A DNA stretch of 64,000 nucleotides, taken from NCBI GenBank assembly GCA_965240325.2, contig OZ251222.1, forward strand, positions 5,022,001 to 5,086,000. The letters are read 5' to 3'. The notes below the pieces were generated by a model. That model was not told the DNA's origin. It saw only the letters and a program-made list of their open reading frames with translations, and did no database searches. The translations under genes and the position numbers were made by a program. Numbering within the stretch: position 1 is the stretch's first letter; each line of letters starts with the position of its first letter. This document shows, one piece after another, positions 44,601-54,900 of this stretch. The DNA is from Rebecca billardiae RCC1528 (Eukaryota; Protista; Haptophyta).

Positions 44601-46537
44601 GCGTGCCCTCCTCCGCGCTCGCCGCGATCGCCGCGGCGGCGGCGGCGGCGGAGGAGGCGGCGGAGGCGCACGCGGCGGCGGCGGGCGGCGCGCTGGCGCA
44701 CGCGGTGCCGCTCGACGACGAGGGCCGGCCGCTGCCGCCCGACGCGCTCGCGGGCGGCGGTGGCGTTGGTGGTGGCTCTCACTCGGGCATGGACGAGGGC
44801 GCGCTCTGGCTGAGGGCGCGCGCGCGCGCGGAGGCGGCCGCGCTCGACGCCGAGGGCGCGGCGGCGCAGCCGCCGCCCGTGGGCGTGCGCGCGTGCGTGC
44901 TGCTGCACCTCTGCGTGCTGCAGGCCTTCCTCGAGGCCGAGGCCAACGTCGAGATGCGCGAGCAGACGCTGGGCGGCTTCACCGCCGACTGGTTCTTGCT
45001 GCGGTACGGCAACGCCGCGCCCGCGCGCAGAGCGCTGCGCGCCTTCGCCGCCTCGATGCAGGCGCACCGGCTGGCGCTCGCGCGCGCGCGGCACGGCACG
45101 CTCGACGTGTTCTGCGCGCTGTGCGAGGGCGGGCACGCGGAGCGCCCGCGGCTCGACTTCTTCCTCGCGCTGCTGCGCTGCATGTGCGCCGAGGGCCGCG
45201 CGGCGCTGCGGCTGCAGGCGGACAACGCGGCCGCGCGGCTCGAGGTGCGGCCGGACGGCACCGTGCGGCTAAGGCCCGCGTCCGCGCTCGCCCAGCCCGC
45301 GGACGGCGGCGGCGCGCGGCTCGAGACGATGTCGCTCCTCGAGCTGCTCTGGCCGCTGCGCCCGCGCGCCTCCGACGGCGCCGAGCCCGCCGCGCGCGTC
45401 GCCAAGGCGGTGCGCGGCGCGGCCGCGCGCGTGCTCGAGGCGGGCTTCCCCGTGGCGGCCGCGCGCGTCGTGCTGATGAGCGTGCTCGGCGGCGGCGCGT
45501 GCTCCGCGCAGATGCTGGCCGAGACGCTGGCCGAGTTTGACGAGCTGCCGCTCGCGCACGGCGACGAGGTGCTCGCGCGCGCGCGGCCCGAGGGCGCGCG
45601 CCCGCGCGCCGCGTCCGCGCGCGCCAAGCCGGCGCCCGGCGCGGCGGCGGCGGCGGCGGCGGGCGCGCCCGCGGCCGCGCCCGCGGCCGAGCCGTCGCCC
45701 GGCGGCGGCCGGCGGCGCGGCGGCGGCGGCGCGTACGTGCTCGACCCGTGCGCGTTCGTGACGTTCTGCATGCAGCGGTGGGAGGCCGCGCGCGAGGAGG
45801 GCCGCTCGCGCCTGCTCGACGTGGCCGACGCGCTCGACGGCGCCGCGCCGGTCGGCGGCGCGCCGAGCGCGCGCGACGTGCACACGGCGCTGGCCGCGGT
45901 CGCGCCCGCCGTGCAGCCCGCTGAGTCGGCGTGGGTGTACCGCGAGGCGCTGCGCGCGAGCGCGGCGTACCCGGGCGGCGGCGGCGCGCGCCTCGTGCGC
46001 GACGCGCTCGCCGACGCCGCGCAGGCGCGCGGCGTGCTCGCGTGCGCGCAGCCGCACCTCGCGCTCGTGCCGGTCGCGCCGCTGAGCGCGGCCGAGCGCG
46101 CGGTCGGGCTGTGCGCGCACTGGGAGCTCCTGCGCACCGAGCTCGACGTGCGCGCAGACGCGGCGCGCGCACGCGCGCGACGCGCGCACCGCCGCGCGAG
46201 CGCGCCGCGCGGCGCGACGCGCGGGCTGACGCGCGCGCGCGCGCGCCGCCCGCCGCCGCAGGCCATGCTCGTGGGCGCGCGCGCGCCGCCGGCCGAGCTC
46301 GAGGCCGCGCGCGCGCAGATGGGCGCGCTCACGCGCGCGCTGCGCTCCACCGCCGAGTACGTGGCCGCCGAGCAGCCCGAGCTCGACCCGCTGTGCGCCG
46401 AGGGCACGCCCGTGCTCGACGAGCTGCTCGGCGAGGTGCACGCCGCCATCGAGGCGGCGCACGCGCTGCGCGAGCGCAGCGTGCGCGGCGCGGCCGCCGC
46501 CGCGCGCGCCGCCGCGGCGGGCGAGCCGCTCGAGTGA
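41675..46537 (+). CDS. Large hypothetical coiled-coil/low-complexity protein (TSNAXIP1-like features possible)
   Basis: ~1,600-codon ORF with host codon bias and globular segments at both ends; probable in-frame intron ~46148-46261. Confidence 0.7.
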   Translation: MAPPARGGGVPPDASGALPAVVVLQGKEIVDPSGEPAARDPSAAADGGGGGGAPSSTALSEVIAEDWQRKWAMEEAGAAWQRGFKENRRAFRSAVLYCELQFDAALKRSRELGEGSPNAFLTLAACECVQLLLGALGEKVRPLGRVLCTELFRAVYADYDDASRSAPRAGAGAAAAGGGGAGALARAPGARHTPYYVELQRARAQLGGALAEVGHVRALGERAQAAVRARAEQLDEAVGSLRHAAAQVAAEGEGADALGARVDALGAELRAANAELGEAVRFAYATSVDEALARVDALHADARRAFARRACGAVLAPWLASLPAPELVAAAQEMLAGVGLEEGVALVGALVGALALEGGDALRAEVVRAALELPAGAAEGAWGAALGALLQHGGGLGPEPSGLSAQTGTEAALESAGASAEPSALEGSSGADASAAASAARVGAGAGAARAAAGAAAGAAAARSFAHRPHGAPARRAGEEGEEGGEEEEAGELAPLPAAPTVGASPPVARTRLGAAEAAAARRAHALTAESLAEAQAAEAAADSPLDATGAVLGMWSEALDVARPEDRSASASSKSSGGVLATLRRARSPEPPSPRTAAAADGDAAAAAAAERAGELGALALELKLRQKQPLVGSGERAQRRGSSRSTGGGARARVGGGVSLPPAVRPHPRRASAASGVGAELRRHLGAGAGGLGHGAAAEREVAERLAAVRAARQAAAAARPQHAAPPSAGGGGAPGGADGVALGALELFAATALPPLLAHPQQAATTHAQPPAARGGAAGAGGASLRRGSTQVRIDEGAAIAAAFAEAKRKGTRPDHRPSLAHATAAAAASAAAVFDAAAAAETAAAEEEGADDAAGDAALAGRVEAAVARVLAEVEARAAQHADALGAARAALVARSVTRAPLRDGRVVLGNEDVAVLIAPTPVWLAHKEWAAPPPPPPRRQLPPSPPKPKAAAAPPPPSGGGGGGAARKSSGVPSSALAAIAAAAAAAEEAAEAHAAAAGGALAHAVPLDDEGRPLPPDALAGGGGVGGGSHSGMDEGALWLRARARAEAAALDAEGAAAQPPPVGVRACVLLHLCVLQAFLEAEANVEMREQTLGGFTADWFLLRYGNAAPARRALRAFAASMQAHRLALARARHGTLDVFCALCEGGHAERPRLDFFLALLRCMCAEGRAALRLQADNAAARLEVRPDGTVRLRPASALAQPADGGGARLETMSLLELLWPLRPRASDGAEPAARVAKAVRGAAARVLEAGFPVAAARVVLMSVLGGGACSAQMLAETLAEFDELPLAHGDEVLARARPEGARPRAASARAKPAPGAAAAAAAGAPAAAPAAEPSPGGGRRRGGGGAYVLDPCAFVTFCMQRWEAAREEGRSRLLDVADALDGAAPVGGAPSARDVHTALAAVAPAVQPAESAWVYREALRASAAYPGGGGARLVRDALADAAQARGVLACAQPHLALVPVAPLSAAERAVGLCAHWELLRTELDVRADAARARARRAHRRASAPRGATRGLTRARARRPPPQAMLVGARAPPAELEAARAQMGALTRALRSTAEYVAAEQPELDPLCAEGTPVLDELLGEVHAAIEAAHALRERSVRGAAAAARAAAAGEPLE

Positions 46538-46670
46538 GACTCTATCTACTGCTACGACTGTACAGCAGTACGGCGGTACGAACAGTAGACGCGAGCTATT
46601 CAGTCGTCACTACTACATATCGTCAATACAGTATCGTTTGAGGGGCGCGCTTGCTCGCACCCCAGCCAGC

Positions 46671-47942
46671 ATGGACGCGTGCCCGCCGCACCCGCACGGC
46701 GTGCAGCCCGAGGGCAACCTGTGGCTGGAGGGCGCGGCGGCGGCGGCGCGCTGGGGCGCCGCGCGCGCGCGCGGCCTCGGCGCGCTGGCGTGCCTCGACG
46801 ACCCCACGCTCCTCCGCGTGTGCGCCCTCGCCGGCCCGCGCGCGCTCGCGGCCATGTGCGCCGCGTCGGACGTGCTCGGCGCGTTCGCCTCGCACGACGA
46901 GCTCTGGCGCGTGGCGTGCCTGCACCGCGCGCGGGGCGCGCCCATCGCCTTCGCGCACGGCTCGTGGAAGGCCTCCTTCCTCGGCGCGCACGCGGCGCCG
47001 CCCCGCCGCCGCGCGCGCCGCGCGGCCGTGTACTCGGACGCGCTGTACGCGCCGCACCAGCTCGTGCACGGGCCGTGCGCGTTCCGCAGGCCGCCGCGCG
47101 GGCCGCCGTGCGAGCGCCGGCCGCGCGGCAGCGCGCCGCTCGACGCGCGCGCCTTCTCCGCCGAGTACGAGCGCGGCGACGGCCGCCCCGTCGTCCTCGA
47201 GGGCGCGGGCGCGCGCGCGGCCGCGTCGGGCGCGTGGGAGGCGCGCGCGCTCGCGCGCCGGTTCGGCGGCCGCGTCTTCCACGCGGGCGGGTACGACTGG
47301 CGGCTCGCGGACTTTCTCGAGTACGCGCGGTGCAACGCGGACGACCAGCCGCTCTACCTCTTCGACCCCACCTTCGAGCACACCGCGCCCGAGCTGCTGG
47401 CCGAGTACGACGCGCCCGCGTGCTTTGGGCGCTGCCTGCTCGAGCTGCTGGGCGAGCACCGCACGCGCGGCGGCGCGCAGGACTCGCGCCCGGACTACCG
47501 CTGGCTGCTGCTCGGCGGCGCGCGCTCGGGCCAGGCGTGGCACCGCGACCCGAACGGCTCGTCCGCGTGGAACCTCACGCTGAGCGGGCGCAAGCGCTGG
47601 CTGCTCTTCGCGCCGGGCCACACGCCGCCCGGCGTGCGCGCGGCCGAGCGCGGCGAGCTCGTCACGCCCGTCTCGCTCGCCGAGTGGGCGCGCGGCTTCT
47701 ACCGCGAGGCGTGCGCGAGCGCGGGGTTCCAGGAGTGCGAGACGGGGCCGGGCGACGTGATGTACGTGCCGCGCGGCTGGTGGCACATGGTGGTGAACGT
47801 CGCGCCGTACACCGCCGCGGTCTCGCACCACTTTGTGTCGGAGCGCGGGCTCGACCACGCGCTCCGGCTGCTGCGCGACGCGCCCGAGCAGGTGAGCGGC
47901 ATCGACCGCGGCCTCGCGCGCGACGCGGCGGCGGCGGCGGCA

Positions 47943-47980
<38 letters not shown>

Positions 47981-48248
47981 CGAGGGCGGCGAGGCCAGCG
48001 CGCCGCCGCCCCGCCCCGCGACCGCCGCCTCGGAGCACGCCGCGCGCCGAGCCGCCGGCATCGCCCTGCACGACCGCCTCGTCGCGGCGCTGCGCGAGCA
48101 CCGGCCGGACGCGCTCGAGCGCGCCGAGGAGCGGCTGCGCGCGAGCAGCGCGCGCAGGCGCGGCGGCCCGGCGGCCGCGGCGAGCATCCGCGAGCTGGTC
48201 GCCCCCGCCCAGGCGGCCGCCTTCGCCTTTGGCTTCGCGGACCTTTGA
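46671..48248 (+). CDS. F-box-like/JmjC domain protein (JMJD6/JMJ22-like)
   Basis: PLYLFD, RPDYRWLLLGGARSG, HRD Fe ligands, WN..GRKRW, PGDVMYVPRGWWHMVVN. Confidence 0.92.
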
Positions 48249-48999
48249 GCAGCGGCCTGATATTTTTGTGCTACTCCTGCCGTCGGTGGCGCGCGTGCCA
48301 CTTCGTCCCGCGGTCCGAGCGGCTGGCGCATATCTCACATCATCATGCATCGCATCATGCTGCATCAATCTGATGATGGCGCCCGGCCTGAGCAGACTAT
48401 ATATAGCGCTAGCGCAGTACTAGACACAGTCCCGTGCCTGCAGACTCGTCGATGATAGATCAGGCTCGGGCGGCGCCGCGGCGCCGTGGACCGTCTGATC
48501 TGGGCACGGTCATTAGGCGGGCGCGGCCCCGGGGGGCCGGCTCACTGTGCCGGCGGCCCGTCATGCACGGCCAGCAGCTCAGGCTGGCAGCCCCCCCGGC
48601 CATGAGTAGCGCCAATAAGTAGTACCGCCAGGGCAACAGGCGGCTGACGAGGCACTCGTCGCAGGGCGCGCGCGCGCCTTTCGGACGGAATTACAGACGA
48701 TGCCGACTACGACGATGAGCAGAGCACGCACGGTCGCGATGGTCGCGCGCGCTGGATGGATGCCGCCACTGCAGAGTGCAGTGAGTCAGCTGACCGCTCA
48801 GAGGCGCTCTGGGCGCGTGCCGTTCGACCGCCGCCGCGGCCATTATTTATATTGCGCGCGCGGTTTCAGTGCGCTGATCTGAGGCTGATGACGAGAAGTA
48901 GTGGTGACCCTCATCCTCTCACGCACTCGGCTGAACTGCCGCTTGATGCTTCTGACGTGCCCGTTTTGACAGGCTGGCTGGCTAGGACTCATAGACTGT

Positions 49000-51900
49000 G
49001 CTCAGTTGCACGGCCGATGGCACGGCTCTCGCGCGGTGGTCAGGACTGACGTGAGCCCGCGTCGATCACGCTGCGCGCGCTCCCGCCGCACAGACAGGGG
49101 CTGCAGTGGCCGCGCCGCGCTCGAGCTGAGCGCCCGCCGAGTGCTGCTGCTGTGCCGGCTGCTGCTGCGGAGTGCTGGCTGCAGCTGAGTGGGCCGACGC
49201 AAAGCCTGGCGCCGGAGAGGCTGGCCGCGCGCCAGGGAGCGCGCAGCAGGCCCAGCGCCTCGTCCTCGTCGAACCTGCCCCCGCCCCGGCTCCCCATCCT
49301 GCCCTTCATTTAACCTGCTCCTGGTGCGCGTAGTGAGCGGCAAGCATCAGGTCCCTCCTCATCGCGCGTGAGGGCCCGCTCTCGGCGCACAGCCGTACCG
49401 CGTACGATACGCGCCCACTGCAGTGCGGCTGGTCGCGCGCGCGCCTCACGTCAAAGGGTTAGGGTGCGCCTTGCCGCGGCGCGAGCGCGTTGAGGCCGAG
49501 ACGAGCACGTTCGATTCGAGCGCTGCCTTTGCGTGTCGGCAGCGGTGATGAGCAGCAGTCGCGCAGGCACCGCCCTGTCCCACCGCGCTGCGAGGCACAG
49601 TCACACCATTGGCACTCGCGCCCGGCTGGCCGGCCGCCCTCAGCGTGCCGTCGGACGGCCTCGAGGGGGCGGGTTGGGCGGCGGACGAGCGACGACGGGC
49701 GTCTGCTGGCGAGCCTTGGCCGCGCCGTGCGCGTCGTCTTGCCAAGCGCAGCCATCGCCCGCGCCCGCGCCCGCCGCCGCCATGTGTAGTCGCGCGTTGC
49801 CGCGCGCGGCCTGCGCCGAGTGCTCTGACCGCACGGCAGCTGCAGGTCTGGCTGGCGAGGTGCGATGAACCGCTGCGCAGCACGCGGCGTTCAAGCCGAG
49901 CGCGAGGCGTGGGACCCCCCGGGCTACCCGCACGAAGGCGCACACGACGACCTCGAGCCAGCCTCGGGCTGCGGCTGCAGCGCCTAACCTAGGCGTCCGG
50001 AGCCGTGCCGGCTGCGCCGAGCGCGCAATGCCAGGCGCGCCCGCGTCGAGTGCGGCTCGGCTGGGCTCGTCTGACCTCGGCGAAGCACGCGGCGCCGCGG
50101 TGCCGAGGTCGAGGCGTGGCATCCCGCGACTATGCCCGCGCGGGCCCGCGCGGGCTGCCCGTGCCCCAGGCTCGGGCTGTCGCGGCCGTACCGATGCTGG
50201 GCCTGGGGCAGCGCGCGCGGCCGTCGCAGGCTGTCCATCGCGCGCCCGCGCGGGCGCGACGCGTGGGGCGGTGCGAGCCAGCCGAGCGACCGCAGCGCGT
50301 GCTGCTCGGCGGCGCGTGGCGGGAGCGCGCCGCGGACGTGGCTGGCGCCGCGCACCTGAGCACACTGCCCCCGCCCCCGCGCCCCCATCTTCCACCTCGT
50401 CCGAGCAGCCTCCAGTGCGCGCCATCACGGCCGCGAGCCGCCTACGCGCAGCTGCTGCATGCCGCTGGTCGCGCACGCGCCTCACGTCGAAGGCGCGGCC
50501 GCCCCTTACAGGGACGCGTGCACGTGGCGACCGAGACGAGCACACCCCAGCGCGGTCAGCGCGGGTCGGCAGTGGCGAGCAGCGGGAGAACAGTCTCTAT
50601 GTTGAACGGCCGCGCACGCCGCCGGGCCGAGCTCTGCGCGCAGACTTGGCAGCTGTTTATGCGTTGCTGACGGGCACCGCGCACTGCGCGGCGTCGTGCA
50701 AGCGACGGAAACGCGAGTGCATCCCCCCAGTACGCGCGCTCGACCGCTCGGCAGTGCACCCGCGCGGCCGCGCGCGGCCGGCAGCGTGTGCGTGGCAGCG
50801 CGGCCGAGCAAGGTTGGCTGGCAGTGCGCTCGCGCCACCGCGATGGCCGCGCGTGGGACGCGGCGAGCTGGCCGAGGCGCTCTGGGCGCACGCTTCGACG
50901 GCGCGTGGATCCTCTCGAGCACCACTGGGCCGCCGTGCGCGCGCACGCGACGCGCACGACAGCCGCCCTCCGGCGGACGGCCGGGAAGCGGCGCCGCCAT
51001 GCTGGCTTCCGAGGCCCAGTTGACTTTTCCCTGCATTCCCTCGCCTGGAATATCGGCGCGTTGGTAATCTTTTTATATTTTCGCGACGTCACCGACGACC
51101 GTTGGTCGCGGCTGCGCGCGAATCAGCATGGCCTCTCCCCACGAGTCCGCATCCCGCGGCGCACGATGGGCGCGAGCCCGCGTCGGACGAGGCGGTCGTG
51201 CGCCTGGAGGCGCGTACGTGGAGCGCCGTATCCGCCCCTGCGCCTCGCACGAGCCCAAGGTGCGTATCTGTCCCAGCCCAGTCTCACTCGCCATCCGACC
51301 TGTCTCCGGCGAGCGGCGCGGGCCGTCCGATAGCCGCGCTGGGCGGTTTGGGGAGGCATGCGGCGATGGCGGGCGTCTATCGACGAGCCTTGGCTGCTTT
51401 GTGCACACCGTCGAATCAGCGGCCATCGCCCGCGTCGCCGCCCACCGCCGCCATTTGTGATCTCTGTCGCAGCGCGGCCTGCGAGTGTCCCGCGGACCAC
51501 TCAGCAACTGCAGCCGAGAGAGGTGGCAATGCCATCTCTCTCTGCTAAGCCTGCAGCTGGCTTGTGCCGTTGTGGCTGGCTAGGTGCTGTTGCGCTTCGC
51601 GGGGCGCAGCACGGCATGTCTGTGCGCGGGCAGTCGGGCCACTCGGACGGCCGAACTGGTGGGTGAACGGGCCACGCCCGCGAGGGCATCCCAGCGTGCA
51701 GCAAGGGCGGCCCAGTCAGGGCGGGAGCGCGGCCGCGCCGAGCGGCGCGTCACGGCTGCCGATTGCGCGGCTCTTGCGCGGTGGGACGTGTGTGTGAGCC
51801 CCACCGTGCACGCTCCTGCGGCGCCGAGGCTGCCGCTCCGCGCCCGAGCAGATCGCGCGGCGCGCGCGGCGGCGCCTGCCGGGTGCTGCTGCTGTGGCAG

Positions 51901-54900
51901 CTACCGCCGAGCGCTGCTGGCTGGGCCGCACCGGAGAGGCGGGCCGCGCGGCCGGGCGCTGCGGATGTGGAGCGCCGCAGCCGGCCCAGCGCCTCGCACC
52001 GGTCGATGCTGCCCCCGCCCCGGCCCCCCATCTTACCCTCCGTCAAGCCTGCGCCTGGTGGGCCGCGTAGTGAGCGGCAAGCATCAGGGCGCTCCTTATC
52101 GCGCGCGAGCGCCAGCTCATCTGCGCACGGCCGTCCCACTGCGGTGCGGCCGGGCGCGCGCGCGCCTCACGTCGAAGGAGCGGGCTCGCCTTGCCGCGGC
52201 GGCCGAGACGAGCACTGTCGAAAGCACTGTCGAGCGCGACCATCGCGGCGGCGAGCAGCGGTTGTGGCTGGCGCAACGCACCGGCCCAGCCCGCCCCCGC
52301 CCCCGCCCCCCCATCCTTCACCTCGTCCGAGCTGCCTCCACTGCGCGCCATCACGGCCGCGCTGCGCACGCCCGCACACGCGCCTCGCTTCGAGGGAGCG
52401 GCCGTCCCTTGCCGTGGTGCGTGGCGGTCGAGAAGAGCGCACACTCCGGCGCCCATGACCACCGCGGGTCGGCGGTGGCGAGCAGGAATCGCGCAGCCTT
52501 CATTTTCAACAGCCGCGCGCGCGCCGCGGCCGAGCTCTGCGCACAGACTTGGCAGCTGTTCACGCGTGGCTGGCGGGCACCACGCACTGCGCGGCGTCGT
52601 GCGTGCGAGTGGCGGAGACGCGAGTGCATCCCCCCAGCAAGCGCGCTCGGCCGCTCGGCCGTGCGCTCGCGCGGCCGCGCGCAGCCGGCAGCGTTTGCTT
52701 TCAGCGCGGGCCGAGCGAGCGGGCAGTGCGCTCGCGTCGGGGGCGCAGTCGCAAGGGCTACGGGTGGGGCGGTGCGAGCCGGAGGGGGTGCACCGAGCGC
52801 ATGGTGCTCGGCGGCGCGTGGCCCCTCTCGCGCACCGCTGAGTCGCGCTGAGTCGGCGTGCGTGCGCGCCGGACAGCACGACGTCCGCCTTGAGCCCTTG
52901 AGTCTTGACCCCGCGAACGCCGAGGCGGAACGAGGGCCGCCATGCTTGCCGAGGGCTGTTTTCTTTTTGCGTGGGTTGCCGGCGGTGTTTTTTTGATTTT
53001 TCCCTCGCGCTCCCGAATGCCGTCGCTTGTTCGCGAATCAGCATGGCAGCCCGAGTTCTCCGCGGGGTGGGTCTCGCTTTGCAGACGGGCGCAACGGCGG
53101 GAGGTGCCGGCGGGTCAGCAACGCGCGCACGCGCGTATGCGTGCTCCTCGTCCGCTACGCGCGCGTGCGCGCTCACTGCCTCGGCGCAGGCGTAGCTGCG
53201 CGCCGCGTGTCGGCTCGCGACCGCCGGGCGTCGCGGCTCGGGCCGCAGCGGCCTGGCAGGCGAGGCTCGCGCCGACGAGCAGCAGCCCGCGCACTGCGGT
53301 CTCGCGCGGGGTGCGTGCTGCGCGCTTGGACTATCCTCTTGCCCGCGACTGCACGCACGCTCTGCGACGCGCATGCCGCTGCGCGGCGTGGCGGCTCTCC
53401 GAGGCTGCGTTGGGCGTCGGACGGCGGCGCGGCCGCGCGCCGGGGGCGACGCGCGCATGGCACCCCACTGCCGTCCGAGCGCCTCGCACCGTTTGAAGCT
53501 GCCCCCGCCCCGGCCCCCCATCTCAGTCTTCGTTCAAACTTCACCTGGTGCGCGCAGGGGGCCGCAGCCAGGCCAGGTTGCTCATCGCGCGCGCGCGCCG
53601 CCCAGCCCACGCGCGTACTGCAGTGCAGCCGGTCGCGCGCGAGCGCGCCTCGCGCGGAAGGGGCGGGCGCGCCTTGCCATGGCGCGAGCGCGTGGCGGTC
53701 GAGACGCGCACACTCGAGCGCGGGCAGCGCGTGTCGGCGCTGGCGCCAGCACTGGCACGGGCATTGCCCTGGGCCGCCGCGCGCGCAGGTCGCCCTCTCG
53801 TGCGGCTCCTAGGTCGGCGGGCTGGGGGGCCGCCAAGGGGAGCGACGCGCTGCGCGACGTCGTGCGAGGGATGGACTCTCCATCCACCTCGTCGCGCGCT
53901 CGACCGCCCCTCCGTGCGCGGCGGGCGCGTGGCCGCACCCAGCCGGCAGCGCGCGCGCGGCCGAGCCGGGCCGGGCCGAGGGGCCGGCGGCGCGCTCGCG
54001 CCAGGGGCGCAGACGCAAAGGCTACGGGTGGGGCGGTGCGAGCCAGCGGGGGCACGCTGGGCGTACGCTGCGCAGCGGCGCGTGGCGCCGCTCGCGCACC
54101 ACTGCGCCGGCGGGGACGTGCGCGCCTTGACCGTCCGCCTTGACTCCGCCGGCGGGGACGGGGCGCCGCCATGCTTGCGGCCGAGGGTCTTGATGGCCTT
54201 TTGTTTTTCCGCGCTCGCTGTACGCCCAAAAAAAACCCGGCGGATGTTCAACTTCCCCCCGGCACCACCAATCAAACAAGGCGCCCGGACTTCGCCAAAA
54301 CAGGCGGCCGATAAATTTCACAGAAAAAACCTGAAAATAAAAGCCTTGCGCGCGGTGCCGACTGACTTGCGGGGACTGACTGTAAGTTCCCCGACTGACT
54401 TGCGGCCGCCTGCGCCATCCACGATGCCGTCGACACCACTTCCATCGTCCCGCTGGGTCTTGGGCTCCCTTTGCAGACAGACGGGCGCAACGGCGGAGGG
54501 TGTCGGCGGGTCGGCAAGGCGCGCACGTGCAGGTGCGCGCTCCTCGCCCTCCACGCGCACGTGCGCGCTCGCTGCCTCCGCGCAGGACCAGCTGCGCGCC
54601 GCGTGACGGCTCGCGGCCGCCGGGCGTCGCGGCTCGGGCGGCAGCGGCCTGACAGGCGAGGCTCGTGCCGACGAGCCGCAGCCTGCACACCGCGGTCTCG
54701 CGCGGGGTGCGTGCTACGCGCGTGGGTTGCCCTCCCGCTCGCCGGCCGCACGCACGCTCTGCACCGCGCATGCCGTTGCGGTGAGCGGCGGCTCTCAGAG
54801 GCTGCGGCGGGCGTCGGACGGCGGCGCGGCCGTGCGCAGGGCGTCCTACTGCCGACCCAGCGCCTCGCACAGGTCGAGGCTGCCCCCGCCCCGGCCCCCC

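Noticed and set aside
37141-45540. Very long Arg/Ala-rich alternative-frame ORFs (e.g. 1147, 1241 and 1401 aa)
   Set aside because: Expected from stop-codon scarcity at extreme GC; they overlap better-supported genes.
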